Positions 38,101 to 50,811 are shown, counted from the stretch's first letter. The stretch is 64,000 nt of DNA from Octopus vulgaris (GCA_951406725.2 OX597814.1:87854001-87918000), one strand, 5' to 3'. Numbers and translations: made by a program. The notes: a model not told the origin generated them from the sequence alone.

Positions 38101-38419
38101 TGGATCTTCCCATTTTCACAATTCTTTTAGAAATTAGGCGTCATTTTCTTGGAGAGGTGCGCTTCTAAAGAAGCACCGAAAATTGTACGTGTACTGTTGC
38201 ATAGACGTGGTGGGTTCAAATCCTTGGCGAATTGAGAGTAGTCTATTTATGTTGGGGGCGTGGAATTTCGAGGAAAAAATTATAAGAAAACGTGTTCTAA
38301 GTCAAAGAGAGCATACATGTCAAATTTGGTGAAATTCGGTTGAAAATTGTAGGAGTAGAAGTGGTTCACACAACACACAGACAGACTACTTGCCCTTTAA
38401 TATATAAGATAGATAGATA

Positions 38420-38585
38420 CGACGAGCTTGTTTCAGTTTCCGCCTACCAAATCCACTCACAAGGTTTTGGTCGGCCCGAGGCTATAGTAGAAGACACTTG
38501 CCCAAGGTGGTACGCAGTGGGACTGAACATGGGATCATGTGGTTGGTAAGCAAGGTACCTACTACACAGTCACACTTGTGCCTAT
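38420..38585 (-). mobile_element. tRNA-derived SINE head
   Basis: Reverse complement of the 38657-38812 copy. Confidence 0.85.
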
Positions 38586-38656
38586 ATACATACAAAAATA
38601 CATAAATATATAGACATATGCATAAATATACATACATACAAAATATACATAAACAA

Positions 38657-38916
<260 letters not shown>

Positions 38917-39069
38917 GTGTCTGCGCTCACGCATATGTTTCATTTTCAGCTCTTTCACAGACTTGAAAGGCAAATGTCGGCTTCAACAAGACATTGAAAA
39001 AAGTTAACGAAATAAAAATTCTTTACGGAAATCCTGAATAGATAGATGAAACAGCTGAATCAATCAATT

Positions 39070-39166
<97 letters not shown>

Positions 39167-39241
39167 GTCTATCTATCTGTTTGTCTGTCCGTCTATCTGC
39201 CTGTCTGTCTGTCTATCTGTCTGTCTACATATGTGTGTGTG

Positions 39242-39299
<58 letters not shown>

Positions 39300-39300
<1 letters not shown>

Positions 39301-39560
39301 CGTGGAAAAAAAAATTCAAATCGGATGATGTTAAGACCAAAAATTATTTACATAAAAAAGGTGCATTTTTCCTATGAAAATCCCTATTTTTTGCGATTCT
39401 TTGACTGGTGTGTCGCCATTTTTCAGTGTATTTCAACCAGAAAAATGTTCACTCAAAGAGAATAACAAGTCACATAATGCAAAATTTTTGCTTTTCAAAA
39501 ATTCCAAATCTAAAGGGTCGAAAAGAAAACAAACCCGAGCAACGCCGGGCTATACTGCTA

Positions 39561-39561
<1 letters not shown>
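39300..39561 (+). mobile_element. Non-autonomous Helitron-like element, 3' part
   Basis: Ends with hairpin cccgagcaacgccggg and CTAG|T; same family as 56175-56562. Confidence 0.7.
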
Positions 39562-39600
<39 letters not shown>

Positions 39601-39606
<6 letters not shown>

Positions 39607-39830
39607 GAGAAATATCCTCTATTAAGCAATTTAATAGTGAAAGACATTATCCATATTAAATCGAAAAAATTTAAATATACTATGATAAATATTATTCAAA
39701 AAATTAAATTTAATTAAATCTATTGATTTTTTGAATTATATTTATTATAGTGTATTTCAGTTTTTTTCTATTTAATATGGATAATGTCTTTCACTAATGA
39801 AATGCTTAATAGAGGTTATTTCTCTTAACT
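39601..39830. repeat. AT-rich imperfect palindrome (~105-bp arms) flanked by (TA)n
   Basis: ttaagagaaatatcctctattaagca... and ...tgcttaatagaggttatttctcttaa. Confidence 0.9.
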
Positions 39831-39840
39831 ATATACATAT

Positions 39841-40215
39841 AAGGCGTAGAAGTGGCTGTGTTGTAAGTAGCTTGTTTACTAACCACATGGTTCCGGGTTC
39901 AGTCCCACTGCGTGGCACTATAGCCTCGGGTCGTCCAAAGCCTTGAGATTGGATTTGGTAGACGGAAACTGAAAGAAGCCCGTCGTATATATGTATATGT
40001 GTGTGTATATGTTTGTGTGTCTGTGTTTGACCCCCCAACATCGCTTGACAACCGATGCTGGTGTGTTTACGTCCCCGTAACTTAGCGGTTCGTCAAAAGA
40101 GACCAATAGAATAAGTACTAGGCTTACAAAGAATAAGTCCGCGGGTCGATTTGTTCGACTAAAGGCGATGCTCCAGCATGACCACACACAAATGACTGAA
40201 ACAAGTAAGAGAGTA
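39841..40215 (+). mobile_element. Near full-length tRNA-derived SINE (most abundant family in the window)
   Basis: Pol III-like head, internal (TA/TG)n, and tail ...agaataagtactaggcttacaaagaataagtcc...gctccagcatg...tgactgaaacaag. Confidence 0.85.
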
Positions 40216-41036
40216 AAAGAGTAATGTATTATATATTGTGAAATTTGATTTAGAATTGCTAAATTGAATTCTTTCCTGTAAGTTTGGAATTATATTCCCT
40301 ACTATTATACACACACACACACATATATATGAATCAGAAGCAGCTTGGAGTATATAAACAAAATCGAACACAGATACACAAGGTATATGTGTTGCTAGTT
40401 CGTGGGGTGAGTGCGTTTTTTTTAGACATAAGAGAATATGTTTTCAATGCCCTTGGTGTATGACTTACTTTCAGGTGTTTTACACCAGAGACATTTTGAA
40501 TATATTCTCTCACACCTAAGAAAATGCAGCCGCCCCACGAACTAACAATACACACACACACACCTTGTGCATGTGTGTTTGACTTTATATATATGTGTAA
40601 ACAGTAAAAAATAAATACAAACATGGACAAGAACAGAAACACCAAGGAGACGACACAAGAACCACAGGACGGAACATTCGAAGCCCTCAGTCATCAGTCA
40701 AGAACCAGATCATCTTCGCAATTTCGGCTGATTAATCTTGAGATTGCTCCGATCTGGGCAGCCCCCAAGGAAATCTAAGCCAAGCGCATTAGATCCCTTG
40801 GAAGAAAGCTTCGAATGTATACAACACAAGGACGGAAAACGAACGATGTACACGAATAAAAATACAGAATACGTGACAACAATAAGGAAAGCACGAATAA
40901 GGATACAAAAACGTAAAAACAATAACGGTAAGGATAAAAAACAAAACAAAACCAGGACGTAGGACAAGGGTCTTTCGACAGGACGAGTTGAGTTGGGGCT
41001 GGCTTATGAAGTTGTGCCTTATGGCCGCGGGAGACG

Positions 41037-41088
<52 letters not shown>

Positions 41089-41091
<3 letters not shown>

Positions 41092-42115
41092 ACTACATAC
41101 GTGGGAAATTCTGTCTGTGGGTGTGTCTGTTCGCGGAGTTGTTAGCCAACTCCTCCTACATCGTTTTAGCGATTGTGATGAAACTTGACACGTAAGTAGA
41201 ACTCATGTCTGGAAACCTCATGGCATATTCAGATTGTTGAAAAATAATCGATAATAGGGCCCCTGGAAAGGATCCTTATATATAACTAATGTATTTTATT
41301 TTAACAGCCAGAGGAAATAACCCGTTCATTTTCCTATATGATTTGGTAAGAATCAAATTGAGTATGCTTAATTCTTAGTATTTGAACTGTTAGAGTTATT
41401 TTCGTAATTTATCCAGTACAACCCTTAAACAAGTAAATAGTATTTTCCTAAACAATAGATCCACTTATTTCGATTAGTGACTTATTCACAAATATACCAT
41501 TAATGACGATGCCTTTCATGTCACTTCAGCCAATTGACAAGTGCTGCATGAAGAACGGTTCTGCTTTTAGACAAACACACTGTCAATACAAAGGTCACAC
41601 CCTGTTTACATGTAGGAACACCTTCTTAAAATCTATCTGTACATCTTGAAGATGGCCAGCGTGTATATTTCACAGAAGACAATGTTCGAAATATAGTTCT
41701 GAATCCATGAGAAACTACTTTGACAGCTTTCTTCAAATGTGATCTTTTGGCCTGAACACTGTTGTATGTAGAGGTCCTAGATACTATACCTGGGCACACA
41801 GTAGATGGAACAGACGCAAGCAAGGAACACGCATTGAGGGCTTGGAAGAAGATGCTATCTTCGGAAGTGGGGCCATCGCGCGGGTGTACACTGTTCACCC
41901 TAACCAGCAGGAGTGCTTCTTTCTGCATTTACTACAACACACTGTCAGAGGTCTTACATCATTCACAGACTTTCGAAGACACAATGGGAAGTCTGCACGA
42001 CCTATAGAGAAGCCTGCGCCAAACCTGGACTACTGGAGGACGATGCTCACTGGGACCAGACACTGAAGGAGGCAGCAATTATGAGAACGGAACCAAGGGA
42101 TAAGCCATCAGCTAG
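41089..42115 (+). mobile_element. Internally deleted Helitron with Rep/helicase fragments
   Basis: A|TC start and CTAG|T end. Peptides VHLEDGQRVYFTE, ETTLTAFF, ARVYTVHPNQQECFFLHLL..VRGLTSF and TYREAC...GLLEDD..W. Confidence 0.85.
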
Positions 42116-42244
42116 TAAATATATATATATATATATATATTGTGATGGTCGTGTGTGTGTGTATTTATGTAAGTAAGTATCAGGGACGTGCCCCCTAGGT
42201 AGGCAAGGTAGGCAGTGCCTACCTTGAATAAAATAGATCGATAC

Positions 42245-42733
42245 CAACATTTTCTATTCTGGTTTTGAGAAGCCTGATTTCTCAAGATTGGTATTTAGGC
42301 AGTGTGTTACATATCCCATGGTCTAAATAATTACAGGTATAAAAACCTGAACTTGTAATCTGAATAGAGTGACTGCAGATTTCTCAATGGTTCAACGTAG
42401 GTATTCTCTTTTTCACTGATGTTAACATCCACTAGGCAGCTAATTTCACTGATGTTAACATCCACCAGGCAGCTAATTTCCACAACTGTGCACCGTTTCT
42501 CTTCTCTATCTCAAATTGTTATAACAGGTTTGTTGTGTTTACATTTTATTGAGGTCTTCACCGGGACATTCCACCAGTATTCCTTTTTATTATGAGTGGC
42601 TATGGCTTCTACCATAATGCGGGTCCTTATTTCTTTGTCCTCCGGGTTATTCTTCCGACAGATTTCATTATAACGTTCTAACTACATCATGTCTCATCGG
42701 TAGATATACTGTGACATTTCTGGACAACTGCTT
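42245..42733 (-). mobile_element. R4-like non-LTR retrotransposon, restriction-like endonuclease fragment
   Basis: SSCPEMS...RHDVV...EYWWNVPVKTSIKCKHNKP...CTVVEISC..DVNI..EKENTY...GYVTHCLNTNL. Confidence 0.75.
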
Positions 42734-43580
42734 GTGGTGTGGTGGTGTGGTGTGGTGTGGTGTGGTGTGGTGTGGTTGTGGTTGTGGTGTGGTGGTGTGG
42801 TGTGGTGTGGTGGTGTGGTGTGGTGTGGTGTAGTTGTGGTTGTGGTGTGGTGTGGTGTGGTGGTGTGGTGTGGTGTGGTGTGGTGTGGTGGTGTGGTGGT
42901 GTGGTGTGGTGTGGTGTGGTGGTGTGGTGTGGTGTGGTGGTGTGGTGTGGTGTGGTTGTGGTGTGGTGTGGTGTGGTGGTGTGGTGTGGTGTGGTGGTAT
43001 GGTGTGGTGTTGTGTGGTGTGGTGTGGTTGTGGTGTGGAGTGGTGTGGTGTGGTGGTGTGGTGTGGTGTGGTGGTGTGGTGTGGTTGTGGTGTGGTGTGG
43101 TGGTGTGGTGTGGTGTGGTGGTGTGGTGTCGTGTGGTGTGGTTGTGGTTGTGGTGTGGTGTGGTTGTGGTGTGGTGTGGTGTGGTGGTGTGGTGTGGTGT
43201 GGTGTGGTGTGGTTGTGGTGTGGTGGTGTGGTGTGGTGGTGAGGTGTGGTTGTGGTGTGGTGTGGTTTGGTTGTGGTGTGGTGTGGTGTGGTGGTGTGGT
43301 GTGGTGTGGTGGTGTGGTGGTGTGGTGTGGTGTGGTGGTGTGGTGTGGTGTGGTGTGGTGTGGTTGTGGTGTGGTGTGGTGGTGTGGTGTGGTGTGGTGG
43401 TGTGGTGTGGTGTGGTGGTGTGGTGTGGTGTGGTGGTGTGGTGTGGTGGTGTGGTGTGGTGTGGTGTGGTTGTGGTGTGGTATGGTGGTGTGGTGTGGTG
43501 TGGTGGTGTGGTGTGGTGGTGTGGTTGTGGTTGTGGTGTGGTGTGGTGTGGTTGTGGTTGTGGTGTGGTGTGGTGTGGTG
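42734..43580. repeat. ~850-bp (GTGTG)n/(GTG) simple repeat
   Basis: Directly visible; the His/Thr/Pro and Val/Trp/Cys ORFs are artefacts. Confidence 0.97.
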
Positions 43581-43954
43581 ATGTGATGTGATGTGATGCA
43601 TGTATGTATGTATGTATGTATGTATGTATGTATGCATATATGTATGTATGTGTGTGTGTGCGCGCGCATGTAATATTTTATCTTCTTTTATTAATTTAAC
43701 CTTTTGTCACATTCTCTCTCTTTGTCATTTATTACTCATGAGATTTTAACGATCTTTCACTTGTTTTTGAAACAAATAAAACAAAACTATGCGGTGAATT
43801 GGAAAAATCGTTAAATTTGGTTACGGCTCTTCCTTCTAGGTTCAAATCTTGCCGAGGTCAAGTATTTTCCTTTTATCCAACTGGATTCGGTAATTTAAAT
43901 ACCAGTAAAGTATAGAGTCAACAACACAACTGACTCTTACCTACAACAAAGATA

Positions 43955-44437
43955 GGTAATTGCTCACTTTAAGTGCGTAAATAAAAAAGTAAAGGGACAT
44001 AACTAAAGCGTCATAGCTAAATACACCAAAATATGGACCGAAGAAATATTTCTTTGTTGAAGTACCTGATCGTACTGAGCAACTTTGACAGCATTGGTTG
44101 AACGATAGATTCTACCAGGGAATCACATAGTAAGTGATGGCTGGCGATCTAACAATAACACTGGAATTCTAAATGGTAGAGGTGATTGTACATGAAAAAA
44201 AGTTCTTTCATCATGCCAATGAAAATACCCTCATGTAAAATACAGAATGTATGTGAAAATATGTGAATGCGTGTTAAACGCAAGTTACGCCGTCAATTTG
44301 AAATTTCAGAGGCTTTGTTTGTTTCCTATTTGCACGATTTCAGATGGCGCAATTCAGTAAACAAGAATAAGTCCCTTTACTTCTTTTAATCAGTTATGTC
44401 CCTTTACATTTTTACGCATATAAACTGAACAATTACC
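43955..44437 (+). mobile_element. Merlin deletion derivative with TIRs and 8-bp TSD
   Basis: TIRs ggtaattgctcactt...aaagggacataact and agttatgtcccttta...tgaacaattacc. TSD caaagata/caaaaata. Peptide FFVEVPDR...ILPGNHIVSDGWRS...VKRKLRRQF...YLHDFRWR. Confidence 0.85.
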
Positions 44438-45654
44438 CAAAAATAATTTCCGAGACCCTCATCAAACAATAAGATATGCAAATACAGAATCGGCAGCCAT
44501 GTAGAACGTAAATAAAAAAATTACGGTTTGGAGAAAGTATTGGTGATCTGCATCAATAAAAATTCAATAAAATAATGTTTGAAAATTTGAGCAGGTTTCG
44601 TATACAATAGAGAAAACTGAAATTTAATGCGTTGAGTCGGGTTTGCTCTCTGAAGAAAAGCCAACTTGAAATTAATATGTCACTTTGCTTAAATGACGCA
44701 CTGCAATTATAGCTCGTTGAAATGTGTAGCTGATAATAAAATCCATAATATAAATATCTCTGCATGAATAATTGTGTATTGCTGGGTCGCTATCTACAAG
44801 GCCACTTTCAACCAATAGCGAGTCATACATCATTTGATACCGGGCCATATTGAAAGGATAAATATAAAAAAATTTTTTTTTTCACATTATTGACTATCTG
44901 CAGGGTGTTTTATGCATTATAAATATATGTGAAAAAATTGTTTTGCGTGAAATCAGTGCGCGATGCGTAAAAAAGGTTGGTAATCGTTCGCATATAGTGA
45001 TGCACGAAGGCAATATCATCAATTTTTTTGCATACCAAGGGAAACGACTCTCCAAACTGGAAAGTTGCTACCGCGACATCAGGTTCATTCTTTACATGTT
45101 AACACTTTGTTTTGCGGCTAAGCTCAATATAGTTGAAATATATGAAAAATAATTTACACGTTACTTGATGCTTAGAACAACACCGATTTTTTTTTTTACT
45201 AATATTTATCTTAACTACCACAATTTTTCAAAATGGCATTTTCCTAATACCATTATAAATTACTAGTTTCACTACCATAGCATATGTATTTTCATTGCAC
45301 GCTTTACCACTTGTTTTTTAATTACTACTCATACATACACAGATATACATGCACATAAACATTGATTTTTTTTTCTCTGTACATTCCTACAACACCGTTT
45401 TCTTTACATGCTATACAGGCAGAGGTAAATCTGCCCTCTTGTGTTTCACTTATTTTTTGTGTTTTACTACATAAAAGTCACCAACTGCCTACCCTGAGTA
45501 GTTACTGACGGCACGTGCATTGTATGTGTGTGTGTATGTATGTATGTATGTATGTATGTATGTATGTATGTATGTATGTATGTATGTGTGTGTGTGCAGA
45601 TTTGTATGTTTTGCTTTATGTATGTATTCTCTTGCATATCTAGACATGCTCATA

Positions 45655-45812
45655 TATATTTAGATGGTAAACTAGAAAGTTTTACAGATTTTTACAGTTC
45701 CAGTGAAAGATTGGATTTGTAGTCTTCTAGTTAGCTTTCTCCTCTCTGGTTTTGAGAAGCCTAATTTCGCAAGATTGGTATTTAGGCAATGTGTTACAAA
45801 TCCCAATCTGAG
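45655..45812 (-). mobile_element. R4-like element, extreme C-terminal fragment
   Basis: LGFVTHCLNTNLAKLGFSKPERRKLTRRLQIQSFTGTVKICKTF; shares ~60 bp with 42258-42318. Confidence 0.65.
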
Positions 45813-45884
45813 TGTTAAGGTAAAGAAAATAAAAAGAGAAAAAAGTAACACATACACATAGATACACACACATTATATTATATT

Positions 45885-45917
<33 letters not shown>

Positions 45918-46694
45918 ATGTGTACATATATGATGGGATTCCACACAATTTCCATCTATCAAATCCACTCACAAGGATTTGGTTTGTCTGGTGCTCTGGT
46001 GGCAGATGCTTGTCCAAGGTGCAGCACAGTGTAACTGAAACCAAAACACTGTGGTTTGGAAGTAAACTTCTTACACACACCCACAGTATCTTTCATTAAC
46101 AAGTTTTAATATTTTTCAAAACTGTCATCTGAAAAGTTAAGGATGTAATGATATTGTTTAAATCTGTCTTCTGCATGAAATCCTGGCTTGATATTGGGTT
46201 TAGAATATTTATTTTTCTAGACTAACTCTCTCCTTAATTAGTTGAGCTATGACCCTCTCATTAATCTGACTCTCCTTCTCTCATGAATATTTTATTATTT
46301 TATATAGTTTGAAGACAATATGTAGCAACTATAGCCTCTGAAAAAGAATATGCCAGACTGACATTTTCAATGTGACTAAGTTTCAGTTCAAACTTATGAA
46401 TGATGGACAATTTAAATCTTAACATTGAACGAAAGCAACAAATTGGCAGAACTGCTAGAGTGCCAAATAGAATGCTTTATGGTGTTTGTTTGGATTTTGC
46501 CTCTGAGTTCAAATGCCACTGAGGTCTAACTTGCCTTTCATCCATCCTTTGGGAGTCAATTAAAAAAGTACCAATACAAGGCAGTGGATTGGTGGAAGTA
46601 TAAGAATGTTGGAGCAGATGCTTTGTGTTTGTTCCAGCTGTGTTCTTTTTTCAAATTCAAATCTTGCTATGGCCTATTTGTATGGTAGACTTAA

Positions 46695-46915
46695 CCCTAT
46701 AGCTTTTAAACTGGCCATATCTGTCCCAAAATATTCTACCTGTTTTATGTTAAAACTGGCCAGATTCAGCCTGTCACACCTAGCCTACAATGGAATTCTG
46801 AAAATACACAATAACATCATTGAAATCTTAAATTTACAAGATAATGCATGATTAAATCAAAACAATGGGAATCAATATACATTACATTTAACAGAGTAAC
46901 CTGAATGCTAAAGGG
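46695..46915. mobile_element. piggyBac-type MITE (TTAA flanks)
   Basis: TTAA|ccctatagc ... gctaaaggg|TTAA. Confidence 0.7.
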
Positions 46916-47012
46916 TTAACCTATTGCCTGGTATCTACACCTTGGGTGCCTTTAGCAAGTCCACTCTGTTGCAAGCAGTCAGCTCAGGATTTCGGTTTGA
47001 GGATACCTTTCT

Positions 47013-47051
<39 letters not shown>

Positions 47052-47232
47052 GTCTTGTTGGCCCTGTAATGGGTTATGAAACAGTCTTCCCTCTGATTAA
47101 AATGATAAAAATAGGTAAATAACTAAAATATAAATGTTTATTAACACTTTACCAAACATACAAATACACATGTCAAAACTGTGCTCCAGTCCTTCCTCTG
47201 ATTTTATTATTTTTTTGCCATATTTGTCTTAA

Positions 47233-47451
47233 CCTGTTAGCATTTAAACTAGCCATATCCAGCCAAAATTTTCTACCTCTTTTAAGTTCAAATTGGCCAG
47301 ATCTGGCCTCTCACACTCATCCTACAATGACATTCTAAAAATAACATTCAACTCATCCAAACCTCAAAGCTACAAGATAATGCAAGATTAATTCATAACA
47401 ATGGGAAGAAATAAGTATTATGTTTGACAGAGTAATCTGAATACTAAAGGA
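47233..47451. mobile_element. Second copy of the TTAA-flanked MITE
   Basis: Aligns with 46695-46915 and has TTAA on both sides. Confidence 0.7.
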
Positions 47452-47487
47452 TTAAATAAAACAATAAAATAGTTTCAGAAATCTGTC

Positions 47488-48150
47488 TGGTATTGTATCT
47501 GTATATTTTATTCAAACATGCACAGAATATTGGTTGACACAGAGTACTACAATATATATATATACATTCTTTGGTGACAAGAGCATGTTAAGAACATAAA
47601 GTCTAATAAGTTCATTGAAAAATTGGGCACAAAAGATTACAACAAATATATTATACATTCTCAAGATAATTTCCAGAAGGCATTATTAAAAAGTTCAGTG
47701 GAATATTGGTATACACGCACAGAATAGCTTCCCCACTATTATAGTGTAAACCTTTTTGAACTCATAATATTCTGTGCGTGTATACCAATATTCCACTGAA
47801 CTTTTTAATAATTCCTTCTGGAAATTATCTTGTGAATGTATAATATATTTGTTGTAATCTTTTGTGAAACTTTTTTATGTTCTTAACATGCTTTTGTCAC
47901 CAAAGAATGTATATATATATATTGTAGTACTCTGTGTCAACCAATATTCTGTGCATGTTTGAATAAAATATACAGATACAATACCAATATCCCACTGAAC
48001 TTTTTAATAATTCCTTCTGGAAACTATCTTTAACATTTTCTTGAGAATGTATATTTATGTTGTAATCTTTTGTGCCCAATATTTTAAGGAACTTGTTAAA
48101 CTTTTTTATGTCCTTAACATGTCCTTGTTACCAAAGACTGTATATATGTA
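47488..48150. repeat. ~240-bp-arm palindrome (47488-47986) plus a third partial copy (47982-48150)
   Basis: Reverse-complement arms around a ~40-nt loop; the third segment repeats part of the right arm. Confidence 0.9.
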
Positions 48151-48283
48151 ATGTAGCATTTTTTAACAACCAATAATTAACGCAACCAAACTTCTACATG
48201 TTACTTTTGACAATCTTTTTCCAAAGAGTGAAACCGGTAAAGTAAATAAACATCTTTTAAAATTGCATTTTCAAACCTTCTTT

Positions 48284-48334
<51 letters not shown>

Positions 48335-48349
48335 TTATTTATTTATATA

Positions 48350-48660
48350 TACTCTTTTATTCTTTTACATTACAGTCATTTGACTGTGACCATGCTGGAG
48401 CACCATCTTAAGGGATTTTAGTTGAACAAGTCAACTCCAGGACTTATTCTTTGTAAGCCTAGTACTTATTTTACTGGTCTCTTTTTGCTGAACTGCTGAG
48501 TCATGGGGACACAAACACACCAATATCAGTTGTCAAGCAATGGTGGTGGGGGCAAACACAGACACTAACACACAGATATATACATATATGTATATATATG
48601 ATGTGTTTCTTTCAGTTGCTGTCAACCAAATCCACCCACAAGGCTTTGGTCAGCCCAAGG
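48350..48660 (-). mobile_element. tRNA-derived SINE (CpG-decayed copy)
   Basis: catgctggagcacc...gcctagtacttatt...gtcaagcaatg...aaatccacccacaaggctttgg. Confidence 0.8.
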
Positions 48661-49075
48661 ACTCATCAAAGTTGCATGTACAGTACATAGAATTATGTAC
48701 AAAAGTTAGGAAAGTGAACACTGTATGAGTCATGATATACATGTGTGTATGCGCATGGAAGTGGGGATATAAGGTGTAGTGTTGGCGAATTTCAAGAAGC
48801 ATGGAGAGTTTAATGGTTGCAATGCCTTGGCAACAAACAACTGATGCAGGTAGTTTGTCCCATGCTTCAGCAACTCTTAGTGTGAAAAAATTTTTCCGAA
48901 AGTCATGGGTACTGTGCTGTTTTCTGATGTTGTAGGCATGCCCACATGTATTAGACACATGGAGGAACTCAAAAAGGTGCTCAAGGCACGATGGTTAATA
49001 ATTTTTGGCATGATGGTTAATAGTTTTGTGGGTGTTTACCAAGTCAGTTGCCAGATGTCGGAGCTCCAATGTATA
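48660..49075 (-). mobile_element. CR1 3'-end fragment
   Basis: SNTCGHAYNIRKQHSTHDFRKNFFTLRVAEAWDKLP. Confidence 0.8.
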
Positions 49076-49104
49076 TCTATCTGTCTGTTTGTCTGTACAT
49101 ATAC

Positions 49105-49265
49105 ATGGAGTGGCCATGTGATAAGAATCTTACTTCCCAAACGCATGATTCTGGGTTCAGTCCCACTGTGTGGCACCTTGGGCAAGTGTCTTTTACTATA
49201 GCCTCAGGCTGACCAAAGCCTTGTGAGTGGATTTAGTAGATGGAAACTGAAAGCAGCCTGTCATA
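49105..49265 (+). mobile_element. tRNA-derived SINE head
   Basis: gggttcagtcccactgtgtggcaccttgggcaagtg. Confidence 0.8.
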
Positions 49266-49499
49266 TATGTTAACTCCCTGACTGGCTATAACCAATAACT
49301 ATTCTAATTATTACAACTCTCAAGTTTTAGAGTGTGTTTCTTTTTGAACTTAAGAACTACTGGTCAATTATACATACATACATACATACATACATACATA
49401 CATACATACATACATACATACATACATACATACATACATACATACATACATACATACAGATATATGTGTGTGAGTGTGTTAAATAAATAGAGGCAACAA

Positions 49500-49860
49500 A
49501 GCCAAGGTTGTGTGGAATTTTCAGGACATTTATAAAGAGAAAGTTAGTCTTACAGCTGTTTCTGGGATATTAGGGGTATCCCTTCGTCAGAGGTGATGTG
49601 ACAAAGTTAAATAGAGGGAAATAATAGACTTCAATATGAGGAGTTATTTTGAAAAAAAAAGCAAATAAGGAGTATATAGGGAAACAGGAGAATGAATATA
49701 GAAATAAAAATAAAAATGTTTAAAGATGAACTCTAATATTTCCCTCTATTTAACCATCTCACATCGTCTCTGATGAAGGGATATCCCTAACATCCCAGAA
49801 ACAGCTGTAAGACTAACTTTCTCTTTATAAATGTCCTGAAAATTCCACACAGCCTTGGCT
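49500..49860. repeat. Inverted repeat (~130-bp arms, ~95-nt spacer) of a PLE-type terminal repeat, each arm carrying a hammerhead
   Basis: agccaagg...aaatagagggaaata and tatttccctctattt...ccttggct. Confidence 0.9.
49766..49813 (+). ncRNA. Minimal type I hammerhead ribozyme (mirror copy ~49547-49594 on -)
   Basis: gtct CTGATGA a gggat..atccc a GAAA cagctGTA agac: canonical core, palindromic stem III (acagctgt), GUA site. Confidence 0.75.
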
Positions 49861-50216
49861 GTACATGCTCATACAAGACCCACATTGTACATGTACATAC
49901 TCATACAGGACTCGCATTAGACTCATCACTTGTATCATTATTGAACCGAGAGTTTAACTATGGTCCTTCCATAGCACTTCCATAGCATTACCTGCCATTT
50001 TGGGTCTTCTGGATACCAATACTTCTCATATGTGTATTTATGTATGTGTTCGTGTGTTTACACCCCTATAACTTAACAGTATGGTACTAGAGAGCAATAA
50101 ACTAAGGACCAGACTTTAAAAAAATCACTAAGTACTGGGGTTAATCTGCTTGATGAAATCTTCCCCAGTATGGCCATGGTCCCATGCTTGAAACAGGTGA
50201 AAGATGGGATATAAGG

Positions 50217-50253
<37 letters not shown>

Positions 50254-50329
50254 GCGTACACACACACATGCACTTACACATACATTGTTAAAGATATGTT
50301 AACCATGACTATTATGTCATTTGCATAAA

Positions 50330-50700
50330 GCAATAACATGGTCAGCATCAGACAAGCTAGAGAAAATTTGGAAACCACTATAACTGTCACATGACCTAAA
50401 AATATGCTTATTTCATGCTACAGTAGAATCTGTTCTACTCTATGATTCTGACAGCTAATCTCTTACAGTGGTCCAATAATGATCACTAGATGGCACATAT
50501 ACTTGACTTCTGCACAAGACCATCTCTAATGCTGACCTTATACCAACCAAGTTACTATATGGATCTTTACTGCCCATCAGTCGGAGAATCAGACATAGAT
50601 GGCTTAGATTCACAGGTCACTGTTTTTATCAAAGATCAACCTATCACTGCACATTTTTCTATAACCCCAATAGGATGTTCAAGCTTGGTAGTCAGGCTTG
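50330..50700 (+). mobile_element. Old RTE-like LINE fragment
   Basis: KLEKIWK...LKICLFHATVESVLLY. Confidence 0.5.
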
Positions 50701-50811
50701 CATATCAAATGTCTGTGAATTCATGCAAGACATAGAACTGTGCACTGTCTCAGAGTTAGCATGCACAATATCACTTTGCACAGCCTGAAAGGAAATTTGC
50801 TGTTGGATCCA

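Noticed and set aside
42668-43669. 333-aa His/Thr/Pro-rich ORF and opposite-strand Val/Trp/Cys ORFs
   Set aside because: They are translations of a stop-free simple repeat. The same applies to the MYVC, HTHT, YIYI, ACVR and poly-His ORFs elsewhere.
45672-45869. Apparent host exon with polypyrimidine tract and AG acceptor on the minus strand
   Set aside because: The peptide continues the R4-like endonuclease region seen at 42245-42733, so it is retroelement-derived.
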